Below the pieces are notes generated by a model. It saw only the letters and a program-made list of their open reading frames with translations. It ran no database searches and had not been told where the DNA came from. 64,000 nucleotides of DNA. Source: Methanotrichaceae archaeon (GTDB lineage Archaea > Halobacteriota > Methanosarcinia > Methanotrichales > Methanotrichaceae). This document shows, piece by piece, positions 51,910 to 62,813 of the stretch; position 1 is the stretch's first letter, and each line of letters opens with the position of its first letter. The stretch is taken from the NCBI GenBank assembly GCA_963803145.1, contig CAWDLW010000012.1:1-64000 (forward strand). Direction: 5' to 3'. The translations under genes and the position numbers were made by a program.

Positions 51910-52215
51910 GGCGCGCTAACCTCAAGCAGTAAATTTCTTCGATGCTCTGGTAGCCGTCAGTACGGCACTAATTATAATAATTGCGGTTTTTGCAATAGAT
52001 GTAATCACAGCAGTTGTGCTGGGTTCTTATGGAGTATCATCCGCAGCCATCAATGCTTTCATAGTCGGAATGGACGTAGGGTCAACATTAATATATTATA
52101 TAATTAGATATACAGTAGTAAGGAAGCTTAAAAGGGAGATGAATAACGACTCACTCGAATATATCTTATTCGGGGAGTAACGAACTCGCCCCAAAACTAT
52201 AAATCTTAACATTAT

Positions 52216-52350
52216 ATGTATATTGCGCTCCGTGGAATTCATATTGAGCAATTGCTCAAGTTCGGTCTGGCGGCGATCATCGGGATTCCGCTCTGCTTTG
52301 CAGTCGCTTATCTTGTTCGGAAGATCCCGTTTATGGCCAAGATCTTCTGA
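52216..52350 (+). pseudogene. Orphan C-terminal fragment of an acyltransferase-3-like membrane protein
   Basis: Manual translation: ..LLKFGLAAIIGIPLCFAVAYLVRKIPFMAKIF*. Confidence 0.4.
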
Positions 52351-52360
52351 TACTTTTGTT

Positions 52361-52873
52361 CTATTTTTTGGCCCTCTCCACTATGCTTTTAATGAAATCT
52401 GTCTTGGCATTCGCATAGACGACCATATTGTGACCGTATCTCTCAGCCAGATCCAGCTTCAGCTCATAATATTTTCTGGCATCCTCCGGATGAACTCTGA
52501 GCCAGTCTCTGAAGATGATGTGCTTTAGATGAAAATCGCTATTATACCTGACCAGATGTAAGTGAAAGCGGACTCCTCCGGCGATACGGCAAACACAGTA
52601 GAACCAGTCAGGGTCCTCTCCCCGGCTTTTGTGGATATATCCCTGGGGCATAATAGCCTCAAGGATCTCATCTGCGGTCTTTTTGTCCGCCACTCCAACT
52701 ATTATATCTATTATCGCCTTAGCTCCCAGGCCGGGGACCGATGTGCTGCCTATGTGATCTATGGTGAGAATCTTTTCGCCGACAACTTCAAGGATGAAGC
52801 ATCTCTCAGCCTCATATTGCTGTGGCCAGAGGGGATCATATGGGATTAGTTTTACTGACATCGATAGCACCAA
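52361..52873 (-). CDS. GrpB/UPF0157 nucleotidyltransferase-like protein
   Basis: PYDPLWP, HIGSTSVPGL.AK.IIDI, HLH, FRDWLR and Y..AKTDFI. Confidence 0.9.
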   Translation of the reverse strand: MVLSMSVKLIPYDPLWPQQYEAERCFILEVVGEKILTIDHIGSTSVPGLGAKAIIDIIVGVADKKTADEILEAIMPQGYIHKSRGEDPDWFYCVCRIAGGVRFHLHLVRYNSDFHLKHIIFRDWLRVHPEDARKYYELKLDLAERYGHNMVVYANAKTDFIKSIVERAKK

Positions 52874-53391
52874 TATTTCAGATCTTCATGGTTTTGATGG
52901 ACCAGCTAACGTTCTGTATACTTGGCTGACTGCTTATTTCCCCCAACCTGACGAGGTGATCATCATGCTGCTCGTCATCTCCCTGGCATCGATACTCTCC
53001 GTGGAGATCAATCCTCCTCTTGTCACGATCCAACGATGTCCGTGCAGCACTGCTACTTTCCATCGAGACAATCAACTGTAATAACTCCTAAAAGGGCAAG
53101 CTACCGAACGGAAAAATTTTCTACATATAGATAGTTTTCACCCTAAAACCTATTGTACCTTTATAGATGAAACATGGGATGGATAAATTTGGATAAAGCT
53201 GTTAAACCTGGATGTATCGTCGGCAGTATCCCATTATGTTGGAAAAATTTATTAACGAAGTTGTATGATTACATTTGGAATTAAATAAGGGTCACTCTTA
53301 AAGGTAATCCCTTCATACTTTTGCCCTACATCCAAATTAGACTCTTATGTATTTGCAAAAGGAGAATCGATAGGTCAGGAGATACGATTAA

Positions 53392-55520
53392 ATGGATAAG
53401 CGTAAAGATACAAAAAATGTTGATGAGGAGAACAAGGACCAACAGCTCGATTATTTCAGAGAAGACCCTAAGGATACAATTCTTTCCACCAATATGGGAG
53501 TAAAGGTCAGCCACACGGATGATTCCCTCAAAGCCGGTCCCAGAGGTCCTACTCTGATGGAGGATTTTCATTTTAGGGAAAAGATAACCCATTTCGACCA
53601 TGAGAGAATCCCCGAGAGGGTGGTACATGCCAGAGGAACGGGCGCTCACGGCTACTTCGAATGCCTAAAACCTATGGGCGAGTTCACAGCAGCGAAGTTC
53701 CTCCAGGAGGCGGGCAAGAGAACTCCTGTCTTCGTCAGGTTCTCAACAGTGGCAGGCTTCAGAGGATCATCGGACACAGTCAGGGATGTGAGAGGCTTCG
53801 CAACCAAGTTCTACACCGAGGACGGCAACTACGACTTGGTAGGGAATAATATACCTGTATTCTTCATCCAGGATGGCATAAAGTTCCCAGACCTCATCCA
53901 TGCCGTCAAGCCCGAACCAGACAACGAGATCCCACAGGCGGCCAGCGCACACGACACATTCTGGGACTTCGTGGCGAGCGCTCCCGAGAACGCCCACATG
54001 GTAATGTGGCACCTGTCTGATCGGGCTATACCCAGGAGCTACAGGATGATGCAGGGGTTCAGCGTCAACACCTTCAGATTCGTCAATGCGGAAGGGAAAG
54101 GGCGCTTTATAAAACTTATCTGGAAACCTCTGCTCGGCGTTCACTCTCTGGTCTGGGACGAGGCTCAGAAGCTTGCAGGAAAGGATCCTGACTTTCACCG
54201 GCGGGACCTTTATGATGCCATAGATGCCGGCGACTTTCCTGAGTATGAGCTCTACGTCCAGATGATCGATGAGAAGGACGAGGACAAGTTCGATTTCGAT
54301 ATTCTGGACGCAACCAAGGTCTGGCCAGAGGAGCTTATACCTCCTGTAAAGATCGGAAGGATGGTTCTGAACAGAAGGCCCGATAACTTCTTTGCTGAAG
54401 TTGAGCAGGCGGCATTCTGCCCAGGAAACGTCGTAAGGGGCATCGACTTCTCCAACGATCCATTGCTGCAGGCCAGGCTCTTCTCCTACATAGATACCCA
54501 GATCAGCCGCCTGGGGGGGCCCAATTTCCATGAGATACCCATCAATAGGCCCCTCGCTCCTATCCACGATAACCAGAGGGATGGGATGCACAGGATGATG
54601 ATCAACACCAGCAAGACGAGCTACTTCCCCAATACTCTTGGCGATAATTATCCAACACCTGCACCCTGGGATGAGGGTGGCTATGTCCACTACATGGAGA
54701 AGGTGGAGGGAAGGAAGGTTCGAGAGAGGGGTGAGAAGTTCAAGGACTTCTTCAGCCATGCCATGCTCTTTTGGAATAGTATGTCGGAACCTGAGAAGGA
54801 TCATATCATCAAGGCTTTCCGTTTCGAGGTTGGCAAGGTAGAGAGCAAAGAAATACGCCAGATGATTGTTGATATGTTTGCCAACGTTGATAAGGGGCTG
54901 GCCATAGAGATAGCTAATGGTGTTGGCGCTAAACCTCCGTCGAAGGGAGCTGATGCTAGCAAAGCCGGGAAATCCCCGGCGGTGAGCATGGAGAACACCG
55001 CAAAGGACTCCATCAAGAGCAGGATGATCGCAATCCTGGCCGAAGATGGTTTTTCAGGCTCTGAGCTGACGGAGGTCAGGAAATCCATTGAGAATGCCGG
55101 AGGGCATGTCAAGATCGTCTCCTCGTCATTGGGAACAATCGTTGGAGAAGATGGCAAGGTGATTATGGTCGATAAGAGCTTCCTCACCTCTGCTTCAGTC
55201 ATGTTTGATGCAATCCTTGTCGCAGGAGGAAAAAGAGCATCGGTAGCATTAAGGCCAACGGGGATGCGATTCACTTCATCAACGAGGCATTCAAGCACTG
55301 CAAAGCTATTGGAGCTATAAGTGACGGCATTGGATTACTCGGAGCTTCAAGCATAAATGGCGTCGCCTTTGCAGATCCCAAAGGACAGGTAAGATCCGAG
55401 ATGGGGGTTGTGACTACAGGCACGGGTTCGGATATGGACGCCTTTTCTAAGGAGTTTATAAATGCGATAGCTAAGCATAGGCATTGGGAGAGGGAGATGC
55501 TCAAGAGCGTCCCAGCCTAA
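53392..55520 (+). pseudogene. katE: Large-subunit monofunctional catalase (HPII type), -1 frameshift at the A5 run 55230-55234
   Basis: FDHERIPERVVHARG, VRFSTV, DLVGNN and RLFSYIDTQ. Adding one A restores GGKKSI..FINEAFKHCKAIG..HRHWER..VPA* (stop at 55520). Confidence 0.92.
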
Positions 55521-56152
55521 TCTTTTGTTTAGCAAACAGCTATTTTTTAGTCTATTATCACTTTTTTGTTTGTTAGCATTTTTAATCTATTGGCTTTTTA
55601 GTCTATTAGCGTTTTCTGATCAATCATAACAAACTCATGAAAGGCCAATCTACTAGACATTGGTGCATTTACACGTCTCCAATAAATTCAAATAGTTTAA
55701 TGACTAATAATGATGTGGATATAACGCCTCCGAAGAACGACTAAAAGCGCCTATTGCCTATGGCCGGGTATCCAGTGCGTGGTGGCTGGATATCCCTCTA
55801 TAGGCCAGAAAAAATGGTCCTAAAGATTTAGCAATAAATACCGCTATGGTCTAAAATATTGCAATCCAAAAAGAGCTTGTACAAATCATAACTTACATCT
55901 CCCAAAATTCGCCCTGAGGAGGTATCGAGTTTACGGGGGACTGGATGCCTCCTAGGCCCATAGAGTGTTTTGTAAGAAGACCGCGATAACTTTGCTTTTG
56001 TGCAGTTTTCAGCTAAGCTTTCTCAATTTCCATCATCCTCTTGAGTCTCCTATAGCAGTTCAGAGGATGCATGACAGTTTCACATCTTATAGGCTAATGC
56101 AAACGATCACAGATCTCAAAACTTATTACCCAAAGGATACCCAGTATTAGAT

Positions 56153-57370
56153 ATGATTTTCCCAATGAATAAGCGGCAATATATTCAACTGAAAGGAGGA
56201 GCTTTAGTGGGACTGATGTTTGTTCTGCTTTCGCTCATGGCTCTGCCAACAGGCATGGCCCAGGATATCATTACCCATAGAGATCTGGTCATTGATCTTG
56301 GAGATGGTCTTAAGACAGATGCACAGCTTACATTACCGGTGGTCGGAGAAGGCCCATTTCCGGGCGTCCTTTTGATTCAGGGAAGCGGGACGATAGATAT
56401 GAATGAATACCTTCCTCCGATAGTTACTGGATCGAATGAACCTTCAAGGCCGTTTCTCCAGATAGCCGAGTATCTATCATCTAGAGGCTTTGCAGTCCTG
56501 AGGTTTAACAAAAGAGGTGTGGGCCTGAATGATACAATTCTGAATATCAGTGCCATCAACAATTCTACCTTCGAGAGCTATAAAGCAGATGCTGAAATGG
56601 CACTAAAGACCTTGGAAGCCCAACCGGAAGTCAACAAGAGCGATATAACGATTCTCGGTCACAGTGAAGGGGCTATAGTTGCTCCGAGAATCGCCATCGA
56701 TAACAAGGTTGTGAAGAAAGTGGTTCTCATGGCGGCCCCGGCTGGGAACTTGAAGGACCTAATATATTTCCAGCTTGTGAATAGGTCTCTGCTCTTTGCA
56801 GAACAGGTTATGGATACAGACCATGATGGCCAGCTGTCAATAAAGGAAGTTGTGGCGACTATGAGTATGCCAAATGACTCAATAGCCCCCTTGCCGGCAA
56901 TCGGACTCATAAAGAAGAACAACACTACCGGCGAGTACCAGTGGCATCCGCAGGTCAGCGCAAACCCCACCGGAAATATAAGCATTCAGAATGATCTAAA
57001 GCCCTTGCTAATCAAGCAGTTTGAATCCTTTACCGCCAATCCCAAAGCTCAGGGATACAAGTGGCTGCAATCCTACTTCGCCCTGAACAATACCATTGAC
57101 ATAATCGGCAATGTCTCTGCGAGCATTCTGCTGCTTAATGGAGAGAACGATACACAGGTTCCTGTTGAGAATCCTATGCTGCTTGAGCAGAAGCTGATGG
57201 AGGTCAACCATCCGGATCATACTCTGATAACCTATCCAGGACTCGGGCATTCTTTCTATCCATCTATGAATTATATTCAGCCTTTGGGGCCGATAAGGGA
57301 GAATGTGCTGGCGGATTTACATGCGTGGCTGACCAATCCTGCGAGAAAAGTAAGATACTTAGTTGGCTAA
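56153..57370 (+). CDS. Secreted alpha/beta hydrolase
   Basis: Signal peptide; LLIQGSG, RFNKRG, GHSEG nucleophile elbow, GENDTQVP and YPGLGH. Confidence 0.88.
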   Translation: MIFPMNKRQYIQLKGGALVGLMFVLLSLMALPTGMAQDIITHRDLVIDLGDGLKTDAQLTLPVVGEGPFPGVLLIQGSGTIDMNEYLPPIVTGSNEPSRPFLQIAEYLSSRGFAVLRFNKRGVGLNDTILNISAINNSTFESYKADAEMALKTLEAQPEVNKSDITILGHSEGAIVAPRIAIDNKVVKKVVLMAAPAGNLKDLIYFQLVNRSLLFAEQVMDTDHDGQLSIKEVVATMSMPNDSIAPLPAIGLIKKNNTTGEYQWHPQVSANPTGNISIQNDLKPLLIKQFESFTANPKAQGYKWLQSYFALNNTIDIIGNVSASILLLNGENDTQVPVENPMLLEQKLMEVNHPDHTLITYPGLGHSFYPSMNYIQPLGPIRENVLADLHAWLTNPARKVRYLVG

Positions 57371-57517
57371 TGCCCGGGCACATAAAAAGATCCTTATTTG
57401 CCCCAGCCTCAATTTTTAAAGATAGCAGTTCGGTAGCTGAGCAATGTTCAGTGAACCAGACTTTAGAGGAAGTAATTTAGAATGCATATGGAAAATTTGT
57501 CCCTTATCTTCTAAATT

Positions 57518-59715
57518 TTATTGGGCGGGGGTAATATTGCGCAATAGCATCCCCAGATCATCTACCTTCACCGGTTTTGCGATGTAGCCATCCATGCCAG
57601 CTTCCAAACACTTCTCTTGGTCGCCATCCATTGCAAAGGCAGTGATAGCTACGACCTTCGGCCCATCATCGGGCCAAAGCTCTCGTATCTCCCTGGTGGC
57701 GGTGAGTCCATCCATCTCAGGCATTCTGATATCCATGAAGACTAAGTCATAAGGCCGGATCTGGAGAGCCTGCAGAACCTCGACACCATCTGCAACAGCA
57801 TCAGCCCTGTAGCCAAACTGTTTCAGCATTTCAACGAGAACCCTCTGGTTTGATGGGTTATCCTCGGCTACAAGAATGCTAAGAGGCTTCTGGTCTGAGA
57901 GGTTTTCATACTTAGCTCTACCCTTCTCACCTAAATCCAATTGCTTGCCTGTGATAATCTCTACGGGAATAGTGAATCTGAAGGTAGAACCTTTGCCCTC
58001 TTCACTTTCCGCCCAGATCTCTCCGCCCATGAGTTCCACAAGCTTCTTGCTTATGGCGAGTCCGAGTCCTGCGCCATCACGCTTACGGCTTATTACGTAT
58101 TCAAGCTGTGTGAAGGGCTGGAAGAGTCTGTCCATCTTATCCTGGGGCATGCCAATGCCTGTATCTTTGACTGCAAGGTTATCTGGCGCTTATTGCCTTC
58201 AATGATTTTGGAGGAGACAGATACGGATATATCTCCTTTATCTGTGAACTTAACAGCATTGCTCAGCAAATTGACTAAAATATGCCTGAGCCTGCCATAA
58301 TCACCGATGATCGCATCGGGTGTTCCGTAAGCGACAGTATAAGCTAGGTTCAATCCCCTTTTATCCGCTTGAACTGCCACCATATCCAGCGACTCCTCAA
58401 TGCAGCGCCTAAGGCTTAATGGTTGGAGCTCCAGCGTTATCTTCTCCTTTTCTGCCCTCGAAAACTCAAGGATATCAGCGATGATAGACAGTAGAGCTTC
58501 GCCACCCATCCTAATTCTCTCGATGTACTCCTTTTGCTCTTGTGTGAGATTATCCGCCAGGAGAAGACTTGAAAAACCAATCACCGCATTAAGGGGTGTT
58601 CTGAGCTCATGGCTCATATTTGAAAGGAAGGCAGCCTTGGCCTCAGCTGCAGCTTCGGCAGCCTCCTTAGCACGAGAAAGCTCAGCAGTTCTTTCCATAA
58701 CCCGTTGCTCAAGCTCATCCCTGGCTTTACGAAGCTCTCTCTCGTTCTCTTTCAGGGCCTGTCGTGCCTTCACTCTTACTATGGCTATGCCAAGCTGCAT
58801 GGCTATTGTTTCCACGGTTTCCACCATGTTTAGAGGGACCATGTTCTCTTTGGGGTCGGAAAGCTGGATCATGCCCAGTATGCCGTTCTCAAATCGAATG
58901 GGAATCAAGGCGACTGATTCGTATCCGACCTGATTACACACATTTCTAGTCTGCCCTTTATCTTCTTCCGATACCGTGGCCAGGAATTTGGTTGTGCCGT
59001 TCATGTAAAATGAGCCGCCAATGGTATAGAAAGGAAGATTCGGATCTGTGTCTCCTTTTATGACATTTATGCACATGCATTTGTCTGATTTGATCGATAG
59101 CGGACTCTCCGACTCGTAGAAGCTCTGGGTGAAGCCGTCGTAAGCCTGGTATGGAATATTGCCTTCTTCATCCAGCAGCCTTATACCTACCGCACTACAA
59201 TGGCTAAAGACTTTTAGATAATCGACAGCCCTTTTTAGCAATGGTATCAAATCAACGCCGGTGTTTGCGATTTTTAAGATTTCATTGATAGCTTGAATCT
59301 CTTTCTCGGCCCGTCTGCGCTGTGTTAATTGTTCGGCCTCCTGCAGAGCCCTGTGAATCACAGGTCCGAGACGGCTTAAATGCTGCTTCAAGACATAATC
59401 GGTCGCCCCAGCCTTCAGCGTTTCAATGGCGACCTCCTCGCCAATAGCCCCGGATACAATAATCGCTGGTATATCGGGAAATTTTTTCCGTGAAACAGCC
59501 AGTGCGCTCAGGCCGTCAAACCCAGGCAAAGAGTAGTCCAGAAGAATCAGGTTGGGAGTAAATTCTTCCAAGGCCTGAAGGAAGGTTTCTTTGTTATGAG
59601 CCCACTGCACCGTGTAGTCGGGGCAGACATTGCGCAGCTCACGCTTTACTAATTCATAATCCGAAGCATTATCTTCGAGAATCAAGATGCGTATCTGGCT
59701 GTTCATAGTAAACAT
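57518..59715 (-). pseudogene. Hybrid histidine kinase REC-GAF-HisKA-HATPase-REC, frameshift near 58175
   Basis: ORF 58093..59715 (REC, GAF, NMSHELRTPL, NLLSNAVKFT) joins 57518..58150 (GAGLGL, REC) if one T is added, giving ITFAVKDTGIGMP. Confidence 0.9.
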
Positions 59716-59727
59716 TCTCCTGGATCG

Positions 59728-60174
59728 TTATCTGGCGAGCGATTTATTCAACAGCATCCAGTACATTCCGAGATCTGCCACGACTTTGGCAAACTCATCA
59801 AATTTGATCGGCTTTGTCACATAGCTATTTACGCCCAGCTCGTAAGCATCCTTGAGATCGCGGTCCTCTCTGGAGGATGTCAAAATGACTACGGGAATTT
59901 TCTTTGTTCTGTCATCCGACTTGAGTTTACGCAAGACTTCTATGCCGTTGACCTTGGGAAGCTTCAGATCCAGCAGTATGACCTTCGGACTGCCGTCGTC
60001 CTGTCTATTGATAAAGCTGCCTTTCCCAAACAAAAAGTCCAGCGCCTCTGCGCCGTCCTTCAAAAGGATGATCTTGTTGGCCAGATTGTGTTTTTTGAGG
60101 GCTCTTGTGATGAGTTCTGCATCGTTTGGGTCATCCTCAACGATTACAATCTCAAATTCTGCTTGACCATTCAT
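59728..60174 (-). CDS. Single-domain response regulator (Rcp1/CheY-like)
   Basis: [18 protein letters not shown] and NSYVTKP. Confidence 0.93.
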   Translation of the reverse strand: MNGQAEFEIVIVEDDPNDAELITRALKKHNLANKIILLKDGAEALDFLFGKGSFINRQDDGSPKVILLDLKLPKVNGIEVLRKLKSDDRTKKIPVVILTSSREDRDLKDAYELGVNSYVTKPIKFDEFAKVVADLGMYWMLLNKSLAR

Positions 60175-60175
60175 G

Positions 60176-61195
60176 TTATCTATCCTCTGGTAACGTAAAA
60201 TAAAAAGTTGCTCCTTGATCTAAAGCGCCCTCTGCCCATACTCGTCCCCCATGGCGTGTAACGATCCTGTACACAAGGGCAAGCCCCACGCCGGTACCTT
60301 CAAACTCCGCTGCCGAGTGCAGCCTCTGAAAGACACCAAAAAGCTTGCCCACGTACTGCATATCAAAACCTACTCCGTTGTCCTTGATAAAGTAAGCGCA
60401 CTCATCCAATTTTGGCAAATAGCCGAATTCAATGAACGCTTCCTCTTTGGTTCTCGTGAACTTTATGGCATTTGAGAGCAGGTTTACCAGGATCTGACGT
60501 ATCATGGAGTTATCACCGTAGACAGGCGGAGAGGGGTGAACTGTGAATTTGATTTTACGGCCATGCTCTTGGGCGAAAAGCTCCTCAAACACCGACTTGG
60601 CCAAAGTCTCAATATCGATCTTTGATTTTGTCATCTGCTGGCGGCCCAGACGTGAAAAAGTCAGCAAATCGTCGATGAGGCGTCCCATTCTGTGGGCGTT
60701 TTCCTGAATGAGCCCAAGATATCGCTTGCCTTCGTCATCAAGCTTTGGTGCGTAGTCCTCGATAACCGCTTGCGAGAATCCGCTGATGGCGCGCAAAGGT
60801 GCCCGGAGGTCGTGGGAGACCGAGTAGGAGAAGGCCTCAAGTTCTTTATTGACTGATTCAAGGAGTGCTTTTGCCTGTTCGGCCTTGATTCGTTCGGACT
60901 CAACATCCTCAAGCATGTTCAGGAGGGCTCGCTGGGTATCGCCTAATTTGTTCCTCTCCTCATTCATATCTTCCATAATGTTCAGGGTCCCCTTTTGAAT
61001 CAGTTGAGAGTTCCTGCGATACTCATCGAAATCCTCCAATATATTCATCGTGGCCTGCTGAAGCATTCGAAGCCTTTCCTTTTCTAGATCGAAATCCTCC
61101 AAGATGTTCAAAGTGGCTCGATGAGTCTCTTCGAGCATCCTTAGGCGTTCACGTATGTTCCCTGTTTCGGTGGATGTTTGTTCTTGCTCAGCCAT
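60176..61195 (-). CDS. Sensor-less histidine kinase with four N-terminal 21-aa helical repeats
   Basis: (A/G)xxN(I/M)(L/M)ED four times, then [31 protein letters not shown] and GTGVGL. Confidence 0.92.
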   Translation of the reverse strand: MAEQEQTSTETGNIRERLRMLEETHRATLNILEDFDLEKERLRMLQQATMNILEDFDEYRRNSQLIQKGTLNIMEDMNEERNKLGDTQRALLNMLEDVESERIKAEQAKALLESVNKELEAFSYSVSHDLRAPLRAISGFSQAVIEDYAPKLDDEGKRYLGLIQENAHRMGRLIDDLLTFSRLGRQQMTKSKIDIETLAKSVFEELFAQEHGRKIKFTVHPSPPVYGDNSMIRQILVNLLSNAIKFTRTKEEAFIEFGYLPKLDECAYFIKDNGVGFDMQYVGKLFGVFQRLHSAAEFEGTGVGLALVYRIVTRHGGRVWAEGALDQGATFYFTLPEDR

Positions 61196-61206
61196 TGCTT
61201 TGCTTC

Positions 61207-62574
61207 CTAGGCCGACCCTCTTTTAAGATCTTCAATCTCTCTCTTGAGATCCTCAATCTCCTTTTTCAATTCTACCATCTTGAGCTCGCGTCCCACAGTT
61301 AGTCGCTGGAATTTTTCAAGTTCAGCAAGCCTGTCCAGATCTTTCCGGCGCTGCTCGGCCAGCTCCTCCTCGGCTCTTTTTCGTGCTGTAACGTCACGGG
61401 CAGCAGCAAATACTCCCAGGACATTGCCTCGGGTATCTTTGTAGACGCTTGCATTGTAGAGGACATCCGTGAGCCTTCCATCCCTGTGTCTTATAGTCAG
61501 AGGATAATCTGTGACAAATCCTTTTGCGAAGACCTGCAGGTAGCCTTTCCTGGCCTTCTCAGATTCTGTGAAATAATTGGAAAAATCTGTGCCGATAAGC
61601 CGCTCTCTTGGAACGCCTGTGACCTTGACCGTGGCCTCGTTGACATCAGTAATCTTTCCATCACCACTGATTGTGACCAACGGATCAAGGGATGATTCGA
61701 TAAGGCTGCGAGCGTATTGAGATGCCTGCTTCTGCGCAGTTACATCGCGAGCAGCAGCAAATACTCCCAGGACATTGCCTCGGGTATCTTTGTAGACGCT
61801 GGCGTTATAGAGAACATCCGTAAGCCTGCGGTTTTTATGTCGAATAGTCAGGGGATAATCAGTAACGAAACCTTTTGCGAAGACCTGCTGATAGCCTTCC
61901 CTGGCCTTTTTCGGCTCTGTGAAATAGTTGGAGAAATCTGTGCCGATAAGCCGCTCTCTTGGAGCGCCTGTGACCTTGATCGTGGCCTCGTTGACATCAG
62001 TAATTTTTCCATCGGCGCTGATTGTAACCAACGGGTCCAGAGAGGATTCGATAAGATTGCGGGCATATTGAGATGCAGCACTCAATTTTTCTTCAACCTG
62101 CTTTCGGGCACTAACCTCCGTCGTAATATCTCGTGCGATGGTGGCAGCTCCGACGATCTGGCCCTGCTTATCCTTGATAGGCGAGATGCTCAAAGACACA
62201 TGGACGATCTGACCGTCTTTTCTCCTGTGTACTGTCTCATAATGAATGCCCTCTCCCCGATTGACACGTTCCAGGATGTCAGGCACCTTATCGTCATAGC
62301 CTTGTGGAATTAAAATGGAGATAGGCTTGCCCACGGCCTCCTCGGCAGAAAACCCGTAAATCTTCTCAGCACCGCTGTTCCAAAAGGTGATGATGCCTTT
62401 GGAGGTTTCTGTGATAATAGCATCATCCGAAGACTCCACAATAGAGGCCAAAAGAAACGTTTTGTCTTCAAAAAGGCCTTCAGAAGATTCTGAACCCTTT
62501 CCGGTTTCAGTCATTGACGCGCTTTTACTCTTTTGGACCCATTTGTTATCAGCCATTGATGAACTCCTTTTCAA
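61207..62574 (-). CDS. Three-PAS sensor protein without output domain, C-terminal coiled coil
   Basis: PAS units (ESSDDAII; two ESSLDPLVTIS) and C-terminal ELEKFQRLTVGRELKMVELKKEI. Confidence 0.88.
   Translation of the reverse strand: MKRSSSMADNKWVQKSKSASMTETGKGSESSEGLFEDKTFLLASIVESSDDAIITETSKGIITFWNSGAEKIYGFSAEEAVGKPISILIPQGYDDKVPDILERVNRGEGIHYETVHRRKDGQIVHVSLSISPIKDKQGQIVGAATIARDITTEVSARKQVEEKLSAASQYARNLIESSLDPLVTISADGKITDVNEATIKVTGAPRERLIGTDFSNYFTEPKKAREGYQQVFAKGFVTDYPLTIRHKNRRLTDVLYNASVYKDTRGNVLGVFAAARDVTAQKQASQYARSLIESSLDPLVTISGDGKITDVNEATVKVTGVPRERLIGTDFSNYFTESEKARKGYLQVFAKGFVTDYPLTIRHRDGRLTDVLYNASVYKDTRGNVLGVFAAARDVTARKRAEEELAEQRRKDLDRLAELEKFQRLTVGRELKMVELKKEIEDLKREIEDLKRGSA
61400..62076. 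repeat. Intragenic tandem duplication of a PAS-PAC unit (351-bp period)
   Basis: GCAGCAGCAAATACTCCCAGGACATTGCCTCGGGTATCTTTGTAGACGCT occurs at 61400 and 61751. Confidence 0.9.
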
Positions 62575-62578
62575 TTAA

Positions 62579-62798
62579 TTATTTATCCAATTTGAAACAA
62601 TTTCCATTCCACAATCGACAGCGGCGATATCCTGCTGAAAAAGATATATTTTGGTCTAGGATATCACCAGCAATTCCGCTCTTGATCCGCTCGGCCCTTG
62701 CGTTCCGGCTGGTCACGTGTCCTTCAGCGTCGAGCATCAAAACGGTATAATCTCTCACGCTGCTCGCAGAAACAACTTCATGACTGATAAATTTTTCT
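62579..62798 (-). pseudogene. Degenerate PAS-domain fragment next to the IS insertion
   Basis: SSVRDYTVLMLDAEGHVTSRNARAERIK resembles a PAS N-terminus, then the sequence decays. Confidence 0.55.
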
Positions 62799-62813
62799 AC
62801 ATATGGCAAGTCA

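Noticed and set aside
52878-53075. 65-aa ORF with faint resemblance to an MgtC C-terminal ACT-like domain
   Set aside because: Similarity is too weak to support by eye.
55520-55615. Short degenerate TTTT(A/T)GTCTATT-like repeats after katE
   Set aside because: Low-complexity T-rich terminator region with no regular spacing.
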